DNA of 32,000 nt from Geotalea uraniireducens Rf4. Lineage in GTDB: Bacteria; Desulfobacterota; Desulfuromonadia; Geobacterales; Geobacteraceae. Under the pieces are notes generated by a model. It ran no database searches, was not told the origin of the DNA, and was given only the letters and a program-made list of their open reading frames with translations. The stretch is taken from assembly GCF_000016745.1 (NCBI RefSeq), contig NC_009483.1, forward strand, positions 4,350,001 to 4,382,000. Direction: 5' to 3'. Below, piece after piece: positions 17,443 to 26,958 of the stretch; position 1 is the first letter of the stretch; each line of letters begins with the position of its first letter. Made by a program: the position numbers and the translations under genes.

Positions 17443-17796
17443 GCGCCCCCCACTATAAGCCTCTCTGCCCGGACCATTTACGGTTCTGCAAATGTCGTCA
17501 GATATAGGCCCACAAATATATATAAAATTTAATATTATTTATAACTAATTAACAAATATCACGATGTTACAGTTTTCATTAAACATAAATATTTAGGTTT
17601 TTGCCCTGAAAATGGCATCCACAAACGCGGCATAAAGCAGGATTTAGCGGAGTCAATTTCCCTGTGCGTGAAATAACCGCCTGGAAATGCGTGCATCGTT
17701 TACATATCGCAGTCTTACACGGTAATAGATGCAATATTAAAACCATTTATGAAGTTAGTTGGACGGGTCACCGAAGAGAGCCGGCGTTTGGGGGGA
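17443..17796 (-). promoter_or_regulatory. 354-nt non-coding region upstream of the cytochrome gene with an extremely AT-rich core, presumed promoter/regulatory region
   Basis: No credible ORF. In 17521-17600 I count 12 G/C out of 80 nt, set in an otherwise GC-rich locus. I found no convincing terminator after the tsaB stop at 17797. I could not assign specific -35/-10 elements. Confidence 0.4.
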
Positions 17797-18483
17797 TTAC
17801 CGAGATGCGAGCTTTGCCAGTTCCGCCTCAGATGGTCTGATATAGGCGGGATTGAGGTCGGCAAGAGGTATTGTTTCCCCTTTGGCCAAGGCCTCTGCCG
17901 CAAGCAGAGCGCCGGCGGAGGCTCTCGGCTGGTTGAGACTCCATGGGGCAAACAGCGCCTTGTCTCCCAGGGACGCTGTGATAAGGTCGCGGTACTTTAC
18001 CGCCCCTTCGCCGATGAATATGGTAGGGTCGTTTATTTTATACAGCAATTCGCTCGGCGGGAGTACGGCATCCTTGTCAAGCGGCTCGGGAAGGGTGCGG
18101 CAGGAATAAAGCCCCGCATAAACCTCTTTTTTTCTCGCATCGAACATGGCACATACCGGGCAGGAGCTCCAGGGGAGATTCATAGCCAGCATAGCCAGGG
18201 AAGAAAAACCGGCCACCGGCTTGGCGGCAGCCAACGCCAGCCCCTTGACGGTCGCAACGCCGACCCTGACGCCGGTAAACGAGCCGGGCCCAAGTGCGAC
18301 GCCTAAGGCGTCCAGATCGGCCACAGTCAACCCTGCGTCGGTCAGGAGCATATCCACGCAGGACAGCAGGCGATTGGTGAGCGTTCTGTCCAGATCGACA
18401 AGATACTCACCGGCTAACCGTTCGCCCAGGGTCAGAGCGACGCTGCAGGTATTGGTGGAGGTGTCGATGGTGAGGAGTTTCAA
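17797..18483 (-). CDS. tsaB: tRNA threonylcarbamoyladenosine biosynthesis protein TsaB (YeaZ)
   Basis: 228-aa ORF starting (TTG) MKLLTIDTSTNTCSVALTLG...LGPGSFTGVRVGVATVKGLA, a typical TsaB N-terminal domain. Confidence 0.85.
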   Translation of the reverse strand: MKLLTIDTSTNTCSVALTLGERLAGEYLVDLDRTLTNRLLSCVDMLLTDAGLTVADLDALGVALGPGSFTGVRVGVATVKGLALAAAKPVAGFSSLAMLAMNLPWSSCPVCAMFDARKKEVYAGLYSCRTLPEPLDKDAVLPPSELLYKINDPTIFIGEGAVKYRDLITASLGDKALFAPWSLNQPRASAGALLAAEALAKGETIPLADLNPAYIRPSEAELAKLASR

Positions 18484-18499
18484 GGGATCATCTCTTTTT

Positions 18500-19567
18500 T
18501 CAGTGTTGGCCGATTAAATAGCGGGCGATATCATTGTAAAAGGCCAGGATCATCAGGCTTATAAGGAGCACGAGGCCGACCTGCTGGGCAATCTCCCGAG
18601 CCTTCGGACTGACCGGCCTTCTGAAAACAAGCTCCCAAAAATAGAAGAAGAGATGCCCGCCGTCAAGAATGGGCACCGGCAGGAGATTCAATACTCCCAG
18701 GTTGATGGAAAGCAGTGCCACAAAAGCGAGAAAGCTGACACCACCTTCTGAAGCCTGTTGTCCGGCCATCTTGACGATCATAATGGGCCCGCCGATGGTG
18801 TCCAGGGGAATGGCCCGTTCCACAAGTTTCACCAGCGAAAGTACCGTTATCCTGATGACGTTCCAGGTTTGGCCGCTCCCTTTAACAAGGGCATCCAAAG
18901 GGCCGAAGCGGTCGATAACCACCTCGCCGGCAGAGACGACACCCAGAACCGGGGAAGTAACGGTATCACCAAGGAGGTTTTTAACTGTCCTGCTCTCCGG
19001 CACCACGCGGAAGACAAGGGTGGCGGTACCGCGGTTGACCTGCAACTCAACCGGTTGCCCTTTCCCTTCGGCAATGTTTTTAGCAAGCTCTTCCCAGCGA
19101 TTGACCGCTTTGCCGTTAATGGCAGTCACCACGTCTTTGGCCATGAGACCGGCGCGGGCGGCGGGTTTATCCTTGACGACCTCGCCGATTTTGGTAGTAG
19201 CCGCAGGGACCCCGACCATATAAACCACGATGAAGATGAACCAGGCAAAGAATAGATTAAAGACCGGTCCGGCAGCAACGATGACAATCCGCTTCAGAGG
19301 GGGCTTTTCCGCAAAGGAACGGCTCTTGTCCGCGTCCGACAGATCAGCGCCATCACCTTCTCCGACCATCTTCACATAGCCGCCAAGTGGAAATGCGGAG
19401 AGAAGATATTCCGTCTCGCCGACCTTTTTACCGACAATCTTTGGACCGAAACCGAGTGAAAACTTCTCGACCCCCACCCCGAACAATTTGGCAAAGATAA
19501 AATGTCCCAGTTCATGAATGAAAATGAGCGCCCCGAGGGCTATGATTGCGGATATTATGCTCAGCAT
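18500..19567 (-). CDS. rseP: RIP site-2 metalloprotease RseP
   Basis: 355-aa ORF with the HELGH zinc motif (IHELGHFIFAKLFGV), a central PDZ-like region and the C-terminal NLLPVPILDGGH motif. It is in the conserved position next to dxr. Confidence 0.9.
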   Translation of the reverse strand: MLSIISAIIALGALIFIHELGHFIFAKLFGVGVEKFSLGFGPKIVGKKVGETEYLLSAFPLGGYVKMVGEGDGADLSDADKSRSFAEKPPLKRIVIVAAGPVFNLFFAWFIFIVVYMVGVPAATTKIGEVVKDKPAARAGLMAKDVVTAINGKAVNRWEELAKNIAEGKGQPVELQVNRGTATLVFRVVPESRTVKNLLGDTVTSPVLGVVSAGEVVIDRFGPLDALVKGSGQTWNVIRITVLSLVKLVERAIPLDTIGGPIMIVKMAGQQASEGGVSFLAFVALLSINLGVLNLLPVPILDGGHLFFYFWELVFRRPVSPKAREIAQQVGLVLLISLMILAFYNDIARYLIGQH

Positions 19568-19618
19568 ACGACTCCTCTTTAGACGGTGAACGGCAAGCAG
19601 TAAGAAGTAAGAAGCGGC

Positions 19619-20779
19619 TTACTGCTTGTCAATCCCCAGAAGTTCTTTGCATTTTTCCCTTCCCCACCGGTCCACTAAGAGCACTTCCTCGATGGTGTTG
19701 AGCAGATGGGGTTGGTGGAAATCCATGGTTTTCTCAATAGCCTCGGCAATGGCGGTAAATTTAATTCTCCCGTTCAGGAACGCACCGACGGCAACCTCAT
19801 TGGCGGCATTCATGACCGTCGGCATGCTCTCGCCATCTTCGAGCGCCCGGTAGGCCAGTTTCAGTGCAGGGAAACGGCTGTAGTCGGGGTTGAAGAACGT
19901 AAGTCCCGAAAGCGCGGTCAAATCGAGCGGCTTCACGCCGGTCGGCACCCGGCCGGGATAAGTCAGGGCGTAGGCAATGGGAGCCTTCATGTCGGGAATT
20001 CCCAGTTGAGCCATGACACAGCCATCGATATATTCTACCATGGAATGGATGATGCTTTGGGGATGAATATTAACCGCGATTTTCTCTGCCGGAATATCGA
20101 ACAGCCACCGCGCTTCGATGACCTCCAGCCCTTTATTCATCATCGAGGCCGAATCAATGGTGATTTTCTGCCCCATGCTCCAGTTGGGATGGTTGAGCGC
20201 ATCGCTTACCGTGACCTGCGCCAGCTTCTCAGCAGGCCAGGTGAAAAACGGCCCGCCTGAAGCGGTGAGGATGATCTGCTTCACATCCTCCATCCGGTGC
20301 CCCTGAAGCGACTGGAAAACCGCACTGTGCTCGCTGTCCACGGGATAAAGCTTTACCCCATGGGCCTTGACCATATCCATGATCAGGCGGCCGGCGGTGA
20401 CCAGGGTCTCTTTATTGGCCAGGGCGATGTCCTTCCCCGCCTTGATAGCGGCAGCGGTCGGCACCAGACCGGCGGCGCCGACAATCGCCGCGACCACCAT
20501 GTCGGCATCTGCGGCGGTTGCGGCAGCGATCATACCTTCCACGCCATGGAGAATCGCAGGCCCCTTCCCCGACAGCATCTGCTGCAACTTTTGCGCAAGC
20601 TCCTCATTCAGGACCGCCACCAGTTGCGGAGAAAACTCCTCAATCTGCTTTTTCAGCAGATCCAGGTTCCCCCCGGCAGTAAGCGCAACTACCTGAAATT
20701 TGTCGGGATGGGCCGCAACGATATCCAGGGTGCTGACCCCTATGGAACCGGTGGAACCAAGTATGGCAAGCTTTTTCAT
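19619..20779 (-). CDS. dxr: 1-deoxy-D-xylulose 5-phosphate reductoisomerase
   Basis: 386-aa ORF with [21 protein letters not shown] (NADPH-binding motif) and ...LANKETLV...PVDSEHSA... GGAGGGG lies upstream of the ATG. Confidence 0.93.
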   Translation of the reverse strand: MKKLAILGSTGSIGVSTLDIVAAHPDKFQVVALTAGGNLDLLKKQIEEFSPQLVAVLNEELAQKLQQMLSGKGPAILHGVEGMIAAATAADADMVVAAIVGAAGLVPTAAAIKAGKDIALANKETLVTAGRLIMDMVKAHGVKLYPVDSEHSAVFQSLQGHRMEDVKQIILTASGGPFFTWPAEKLAQVTVSDALNHPNWSMGQKITIDSASMMNKGLEVIEARWLFDIPAEKIAVNIHPQSIIHSMVEYIDGCVMAQLGIPDMKAPIAYALTYPGRVPTGVKPLDLTALSGLTFFNPDYSRFPALKLAYRALEDGESMPTVMNAANEVAVGAFLNGRIKFTAIAEAIEKTMDFHQPHLLNTIEEVLLVDRWGREKCKELLGIDKQ

Positions 20780-20854
20780 GATACCCCTCCAGGAGCGTTA
20801 GGGTGAACAAAAGGGCCTTCATGGCTCTCGCGACCCACCATCACTGCTCGTTTT

Positions 20855-21712
20855 TCACTTAAAAAAGAAATAGGCATAGTAAAACGCCGCTGGAGCGGCA
20901 AAGAGTATACTGTCAAGACGGTCAAGAATTCCGCCGTGCCCGGGGACAATGGTACCGGAATCCTTGACTCCGCAACTCCGCTTCAGAAGCGATTCGAAAA
21001 GATCGCCGAGCTGGCCCAGCACACCGAGCAGAAGCGCCGTCGCCACGCAGTCCGCCACCGTCAGCATCGGGAAAAAGGTGAACTTGGCAATCAGCGCACC
21101 GACAACACTCCCGACCAGTCCGCCGAGCGCCCCTTCGACGCTCTTGTTGGGACTGACGATCGGATAGAGTTTCGTCCTCCCCAGGCTGGAGCCAACGTAA
21201 TAGGCCGCACTGTCTCCCGCCATGACGATCACCATCATGAGAAAAATCCACTGCACACCGGCGGGGCGATCGTGCAGAAGAATAAGATGGCCCAAGAGCA
21301 GCGGAACATACAAAAAGCCCATGAAGATCAACGCAATCTCACCTGCCGCCCGCCGGACATCCTTGATTCTGAAGAGAAAAAGCAGGGAAAAACAGATCAC
21401 CAAGGAGGTAAGACCTAACGGCATGATGAACTGCAGCGGAGCAACATATGCCAGCGGCAGGAATGTGCCGGCTACGGCGGCAATCCACCCTTCCAGTCTA
21501 CGCTCCGGCAGGGCCATCCGATAGAATTCGCAAAGTCCGAGGAAGATCAGAAATAGTATAAATGCAGTAAAAAATGCATGACTTGCCTTGAGAAAGAACA
21601 AAATGAGGAGGGGTAAGGCAATTATCGCCGTTGCTAATCGTTTGATAGGTAACTCCTGGTTACAGGTGATGGTGTTATGAGTTATCGGTTCAACGATGGC
21701 GGGTGATATCAC
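20855..21712 (-). CDS. cdsA: phosphatidate cytidylyltransferase
   Basis: Polytopic membrane ORF with the CdsA C-terminal signature SLLKRSCGVKDSGTIVPGHGGILDRLDS. The GTG start at 21712 overlaps uppS by 23 nt, so the exact start is uncertain. Confidence 0.85.
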   Translation of the reverse strand: MISPAIVEPITHNTITCNQELPIKRLATAIIALPLLILFFLKASHAFFTAFILFLIFLGLCEFYRMALPERRLEGWIAAVAGTFLPLAYVAPLQFIMPLGLTSLVICFSLLFLFRIKDVRRAAGEIALIFMGFLYVPLLLGHLILLHDRPAGVQWIFLMMVIVMAGDSAAYYVGSSLGRTKLYPIVSPNKSVEGALGGLVGSVVGALIAKFTFFPMLTVADCVATALLLGVLGQLGDLFESLLKRSCGVKDSGTIVPGHGGILDRLDSILFAAPAAFYYAYFFFK

Positions 21713-22460
21713 CGACAGCCGTCCCGCCTACCTGCACCTGATCGCTGGTCTTGCCAAATCTGCGCTCTCTGGACTGGTAGTCGCGGAATGCCTTGGCAAG
21801 TTCATTTTTGTCGAAATCGGGCCAGTTCACATCGGTAAAATAGAGCTCCGTATAGGCTAGCTGCCAAAGCAGAAAGTTACTTATCCGCATTTCGCCACTG
21901 GTTCTGATGAGAAAATCGGGTTCAGGAATCCGCGTGGTATAAAGGTAATCGGAAAAAAGCCCTTCGTTGATGTCATCTATGGCAATTTTTCCTGACGCCG
22001 CATCAATCGCGATCTGCCGGGCAGCATGGACGATTTCCTGGCGTGCTCCGTAGGAAAGGGCCAAGGTCAGGAGCATGCCGCTGTTGCCTGCTGTTTGTGC
22101 AATTGCATCGTCAATCACCCGATTGATATCCACCGGCAACTCTCCGCGGTCGCCGATGACATTGAATCGGATGTTGTTGTGCATCATCCGCGCGATTTCC
22201 GATCTGATATATTTCTTCAGAAGCGCCATAAGCGCCTTCACTTCAGTTTTGGGTCGCAGCCAGTTTTCCGCAGAAAAGGCAAACAGGGTGAGGTAACTTA
22301 TGCCTAACCGGGAACATTCTTCTACGATCAGCCGGACAGTCTCCACTCCCTTCTGGTGGCCGACGATCCGCCTCAACATCCGCTGCTTCGCCCACCGGCC
22401 GTTACCGTCCATAATTACGGCCAGATGACGTGGAAGATTCTCTTTCGTTAATTTGTGCAT
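21690..22460 (-). CDS. uppS: undecaprenyl (di-trans,poly-cis) diphosphate synthase
   Basis: 256-aa ORF with HLAVIMDGNGRWAK and ...IRTSGEMRISNFLLWQLAYTELYF, the classic UppS motifs. Confidence 0.93.
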   Translation of the reverse strand: MHKLTKENLPRHLAVIMDGNGRWAKQRMLRRIVGHQKGVETVRLIVEECSRLGISYLTLFAFSAENWLRPKTEVKALMALLKKYIRSEIARMMHNNIRFNVIGDRGELPVDINRVIDDAIAQTAGNSGMLLTLALSYGARQEIVHAARQIAIDAASGKIAIDDINEGLFSDYLYTTRIPEPDFLIRTSGEMRISNFLLWQLAYTELYFTDVNWPDFDKNELAKAFRDYQSRERRFGKTSDQVQVGGTAVGDITRHR

Positions 22461-22539
22461 ATGGACCCTAAGACAGCCACGTGATAGTTCCTGCCTGCCG
22501 GATCAGAGCAGAAGAAATTCCGGCAGGTCGCCACCCCTG

Positions 22540-22567
22540 AAAACAAAAAATCCCCTGATTGAAGGGG
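22540..22567 (-). terminator. short hairpin plus U-run in the frr-uppS spacer, a second terminator or leader attenuator
   Basis: The minus strand reads CCCCT-tcaatc-AGGGG followed directly by ATTTTTTGTTTTC. The stem is at 22552-22556/22563-22567 and the A-run on the plus strand is at 22540-22550. The stem is only 5 bp. Confidence 0.4.
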
Positions 22568-22602
22568 CAGATTATATAACCTTAAAAATGCAGACTTCGC
22601 AA

Positions 22603-22641
22603 GCAAAAAATAAGCAGGGGGGATACGCCAAGTACCCCCCC
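22603..22641 (-). terminator. intrinsic terminator downstream of frr
   Basis: 10-bp stem, gtaccccccc (22632-22641) against ggggggatac (22617-22626), including one G-U pair, with a 5-nt loop. On the minus strand it is followed by TGCTTATTTTTTG. Confidence 0.7.
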
Positions 22642-22657
22642 GCCGGCAATTAATACA

Positions 22658-23215
22658 TCAAACTTCCATAACCTCTTTTTCCTTGTGAACAAAGACTTCG
22701 TCAATTTTTGCGACATGACTGTTGGTCACATCCTGAACCTCTTTTTCAGCGCGCTTCAGGTCATCTTCCGAGATTTTTTTATCCTTTTCCTGCTTTTTCA
22801 ACTCATCGATGGCGTCGCGGCGAATATTCCTGACTGCGACCTTTGCATCTTCAGCCAGCTTCTTGAGCTGCTTGACGATATCTTTACGCCGTTCCTCGGT
22901 AAGGGGGGGGATATTGAGCCGAATAACCTTGCCGTCATTGGCGGGGGTAAGCCCCAGATTTGCGTTCATGATGGCCTTTTCGATGACCGGGATCATCTTT
23001 GCATCCCACGGCTGCAAGGTTATGGTGCGCGGTTCGGGGACGGCAAGGGTCGCTACCTGATTGATCGGTGAAGGGGTCCCATAAAAATCGACCTTGATTT
23101 CATCCAAAAGCCCAGTGCTTGCCCGGCCGGTACGGACCCTCTGGTACTCCTTGCGCAGTGCGTCGATGGTCTTGTCCATATGGGTGCTCATGTTGTTTAT
23201 GACGTCTTTCGTCAT
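22658..23215 (-). CDS. frr: ribosome recycling factor
   Basis: 185-aa ORF with ...[32 protein letters not shown]...[13 protein letters not shown]..., typical of Frr. Its ATG lies 1 nt after the pyrH stop. Confidence 0.95.
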   Translation of the reverse strand: MTKDVINNMSTHMDKTIDALRKEYQRVRTGRASTGLLDEIKVDFYGTPSPINQVATLAVPEPRTITLQPWDAKMIPVIEKAIMNANLGLTPANDGKVIRLNIPPLTEERRKDIVKQLKKLAEDAKVAVRNIRRDAIDELKKQEKDKKISEDDLKRAEKEVQDVTNSHVAKIDEVFVHKEKEVMEV

Positions 23216-23216
23216 G

Positions 23217-23948
<732 letters not shown>

Positions 23949-23996
23949 TTATAAATGTTTTGTTGCTTGTGCATGTAATGCCCGTTACATACGACG

Positions 23997-24029
23997 AAAA
24001 AAAAAGCCGACCATTTATCATGGCCGGCT
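23997..24029 (-). terminator. intrinsic terminator downstream of tsf
   Basis: On the minus strand, AGCCGGCCAT-gataa-ATGGTCGGCT forms a 10-bp stem with one G-U pair and is followed by nine U. The A-run on the plus strand is at 23997-24005. Confidence 0.75.
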
Positions 24030-24041
24030 CGCTTTAGTCCG

Positions 24042-24692
24042 TTACACGCCGGCAGCGGCTGCGACTTCTGCCGCAAAGTCGCTCTCTTTTTTGGCCAATC
24101 CCTCGCCGAGGGTAAACTTGGCAAAACGGCGGATGCTGATGTTCTCGCCGATAGCGGCGATAGTTTCATTCAGGTAGGTCTGCACCGTCTTATCAGAATC
24201 CTTGACAAAGGGTTGTTCAAGGAGGCAGATATCGGCATAAAACTTGTTAACCTGCCCTTCGATAATTTTTTCCACAATGTTGTCCGGCTTGCCGCTTTCC
24301 TTGGCTTTTGCCCGGTAGATTGCTTTCTCCCGCTCAAGCACGTCAGGATCAACCTCTTCGCGACGTACATAAAGAGGCGAGGCCGCTGCGATATGCATGG
24401 CGATATCCTTGACAAAGGCCTGGAAATTTTCATTCTTGGCGACGAAGTCGGTCTCGCAGTTTACCTCGACCAGAACGCCGATCTTTCCGCCCGCGTGGAT
24501 ATAAGAGCCGACCAGACCTTCGGTTGCAACCCGGCCGGACTTCTTGGAAGCGGCAGCCAGACCTTTCTTGCGCAGATAGTCGACAGCCTGCTCATGGTCG
24601 CCACCGGTTTCCGTCAGAGCCTTCTTGCAGTCCATGAGGCCTGCGCCGGTAGCCTTTCTCAGTTCATTTACTTGCGCTGCTGTTATGCTCAC
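24042..24692 (-). CDS. tsf: elongation factor Ts (short form)
   Basis: The ORF track gives 24042..24707. I prefer the GTG at 24692, which gives [26 protein letters not shown] (a canonical EF-Ts N-terminus) with GGAGGA 5 nt upstream. Confidence 0.92.
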   Translation of the reverse strand: MSITAAQVNELRKATGAGLMDCKKALTETGGDHEQAVDYLRKKGLAAASKKSGRVATEGLVGSYIHAGGKIGVLVEVNCETDFVAKNENFQAFVKDIAMHIAAASPLYVRREEVDPDVLEREKAIYRAKAKESGKPDNIVEKIIEGQVNKFYADICLLEQPFVKDSDKTVQTYLNETIAAIGENISIRRFAKFTLGEGLAKKESDFAAEVAAAAGV

Positions 24693-24803
24693 GTTTATCC
24701 TCCACAAAACGACCGACCCTTGCGGCCGTCTTTTTGTATTTTTATTACCCTTCCCAGGTGCTCCATCGTTACGGCTGACCGAAAACGGCTCCGCCGGAAG
24801 TCA

Positions 24804-25574
24804 TTACGCCTCGCCGGCCGTTTCCTCGACAACCCCTTCGGCCTCAGCAGCAAATTCTGCTCCTTCTGTGTCCGTCTGAAGTTTGATATTGCGCGCCTGC
24901 CCACCCTCGATCATGGCATCGGCTACCTTGCTGGTCAGCAGGCGGATGGCACGGATTGCGTCATCATTGCCGGGGATCACGTAATCGATGTCGTCCGGGT
25001 CACAGTTCGTATCGACTATGGCCACCACCGGAATCCCCAGTTTTTTTGCCTCGCTGACGGCAATCTCCTCGTTTTTCGGGTCAATAACGAACAGGACGCC
25101 GGGAAGCTTGTTCATCCCCTTGATCCCGCCCAGAGTTTTCTCCAGCTTCTGCCGGTCCTTCTCCATTTGCAGCGCTTCTTTCTTGGTATATGCCTCGATG
25201 GTGCCGTCCGCAACCATGGCATCCAGACGTTTAAGCCTGTCGATACTCTGCTTGACCGTACTGAAGTTGGTGAGCATGCCACCCAGCCAACGATCGTTCA
25301 CATAGAACATGCCGCAACGCTGTGCCTCTTCGGAAACCGAATCCTGTGCCTGCTTCTTGGTTCCGACAAACAGCATGGTCTCGCCGGACTGGGCAGCATC
25401 AACGACGAAATTATAGGCGCCCTTGAAGAGCCTGACCGTTTTCTGCAGGTCGATAATGTAAATCCCGTTCCGCGCTCCAAAGATATACGGCTTCATCTTC
25501 GGGTTCCATCTCTTGGTTTGGTGACCGAAATGGACACCGGCTTCCAGCAGTTCCTTCATGGTGATGTTCGACAT
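24804..25574 (-). CDS. rpsB: 30S ribosomal protein S2
   Basis: 256-aa ORF starting [46 protein letters not shown]. It has the acidic C-terminal tail common in S2. Confidence 0.96.
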   Translation of the reverse strand: MSNITMKELLEAGVHFGHQTKRWNPKMKPYIFGARNGIYIIDLQKTVRLFKGAYNFVVDAAQSGETMLFVGTKKQAQDSVSEEAQRCGMFYVNDRWLGGMLTNFSTVKQSIDRLKRLDAMVADGTIEAYTKKEALQMEKDRQKLEKTLGGIKGMNKLPGVLFVIDPKNEEIAVSEAKKLGIPVVAIVDTNCDPDDIDYVIPGNDDAIRAIRLLTSKVADAMIEGGQARNIKLQTDTEGAEFAAEAEGVVEETAGEA

Positions 25575-25707
25575 AGTACTCTCCTTTGGTTTTTCCTCCG
25601 CTTCCCCGACTTCCCCGGAATCCGCACTACGGACACCACCGGTGAGAAAAGAAGCGTGTGAATTTTAAACAGCGAATTTATATAACACAACAACTACCGA
25701 TTGGCAA
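25575..25707 (-). promoter_or_regulatory. candidate rpsB promoter plus a leader of about 100 nt
   Basis: On the minus strand there is TTGCCA (25702-25707), a 17-nt spacer and TATATA (25679-25684). This implies a 5' UTR of roughly 95-100 nt, which contains the palindrome CACCGGTG and a purine-rich tract ending in AAGGAGAG before the ATG. Confidence 0.35.
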
Positions 25708-25748
25708 GGCAATTTTACCCTCAGCCGACCGTCTCACCTTCACTGCCC

Positions 25749-25777
25749 TTTACTTAGCCGCTCATCTCATGTATCAT
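25749..25777 (+). promoter_or_regulatory. candidate sigma70 promoter for lptF, which would give a very short leader
   Basis: TTTACT (25749-25754), a 17-nt spacer and TATCAT (25772-25777). The -10 element ends 11 nt before the lptF ATG at 25789. No clear Shine-Dalgarno sequence lies in between. Confidence 0.3.
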
Positions 25778-25788
25778 GCCCCCAGGCC

Positions 25789-26958
25789 ATGAAGAAAACC
25801 CTCTATCTCTATATTTTCAAGGAAATACCGCCGCCATTCTTGCTGGGAGTGGCTACCTTCACCTTTGTCCTGCTCATGGGACGGCTCCTGAGACTGGCCG
25901 AAATGGTCGTGACAAAGGGGGTGCCCCTTGCCGATGTCCTGCGCATGGTTTTCTACCTGCTCCCCTCGTTTCTTCTCGTCACCATACCCATGGCGTTTCT
26001 CCTGGCAATTCTTCTCGCCTTCGGCAGGCTTTCAGGCGACAGCGAGATCACCGCGATGAAAGCCAGCGGCGTAAGCCTTTACGGACTGCTCCCGCCAGTT
26101 TTCTGTTTTGCGCTCATTGCCTACCTGGCCGGCGCATTTATTACCGTTTACGCCGTTCCATGGGGAAACACCTCTTTCAAAAAACTGCTGGTCGAAGTGG
26201 TGGAAGCCCGCGCCTCTCTCGGGATAAAGGAAAAGATATTCAACGACGACTTCCCCGGCTTGGTCATTTACACAGACCGCTACAATCAGCAGAAGCAGAC
26301 CATGTCCGGCATCCTTATCCAGGATGAACGGGATCCGCTCGAGCCGTCAACCATCTATGCCCGGAGCGGCGTAATCAACTCCGACCCCGCAACAAAGTCG
26401 ATCAGACTGCGCCTCGATAACGGCAGCATCCATCGCACCCAAGGTAAGACGGGCTACCGTCTGGTCGAGTTCCGCAACTACGACCTGAACATAAACCTTA
26501 ACCAGGCGGCCCAGACAGTAAACAAGAACGAATTGGACATGTCGCTTGCGGAACTCCGCGCCAACCTCGCTTCGGGCCGCTTCGACGCCAAAATGATGCG
26601 CGATATGCGCTTGGAATATCACCGTCGCTTCTCGCTCCCCTTTGCCTGCCTCATTTTTGCCCTCGTGGGGATGCCGCTCGGCATACAAAACCAGCGATCC
26701 GGCAAAGCAGCCGGCTTTACCATGAGCATTGGCCTGCTCCTCGCCTATTACATTGTCCTCTCCGCCGGGAAAGCCCTCGGAGAAAGAGAACTCCTCAGTC
26801 CACTTCTGGCAGTCTGGGCACCCAACCTGCTCTTTGTATCCCTTGGCATCTACCTGTTCAAAACAACAGCTGCCGAGGAGAGAATCCCTCTCTATGCTTT
26901 TCTCACAGGCATTGCCGGCTGGCTGCGCAGCAGATTGACAAAGAGGGGCGAACGGTGA
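25789..26958 (+). CDS. lptF: LPS export ABC transporter permease LptF (YjgP/YjgQ family)
   Basis: 389-aa ORF starting MKKTLYLYIFKEIPPPFLLGVATFTFVLLMGRLLRL. Topology is typical of the family: three TM segments, a large periplasmic beta-jellyroll and three more TM segments. It is paired with a second family member. Confidence 0.85.
   Translation: MKKTLYLYIFKEIPPPFLLGVATFTFVLLMGRLLRLAEMVVTKGVPLADVLRMVFYLLPSFLLVTIPMAFLLAILLAFGRLSGDSEITAMKASGVSLYGLLPPVFCFALIAYLAGAFITVYAVPWGNTSFKKLLVEVVEARASLGIKEKIFNDDFPGLVIYTDRYNQQKQTMSGILIQDERDPLEPSTIYARSGVINSDPATKSIRLRLDNGSIHRTQGKTGYRLVEFRNYDLNINLNQAAQTVNKNELDMSLAELRANLASGRFDAKMMRDMRLEYHRRFSLPFACLIFALVGMPLGIQNQRSGKAAGFTMSIGLLLAYYIVLSAGKALGERELLSPLLAVWAPNLLFVSLGIYLFKTTAAEERIPLYAFLTGIAGWLRSRLTKRGER

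Noticed and set aside
17729-17745. A sigma54-like element, TGGTTTTAATATTGCAT (minus strand), with GG-N10-GC spacing upstream of the cytochrome operon.
   Set aside because: The -24 box matches only TGG of TGGCAC. It lies about 290 nt from the ATG with the AT-rich tract downstream of it instead of upstream. That is too weak to call without a scoring matrix or start-site data, so it is mentioned only as a hypothesis.
4394-17796. The accessory module considered as a mobile element or genomic island.
   Set aside because: I found no integrase, transposase, tRNA attachment site, or inverted or direct terminal repeats at the boundaries. Only the compositional contrast and AT-rich borders support this reading, so it is reported as a compositional observation only.
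24213-25661. A 482-aa plus-strand ORF spanning tsf and rpsB.
   Set aside because: It is antisense to two unambiguous, universally conserved genes (EF-Ts and S2), and its translation has no recognisable features.
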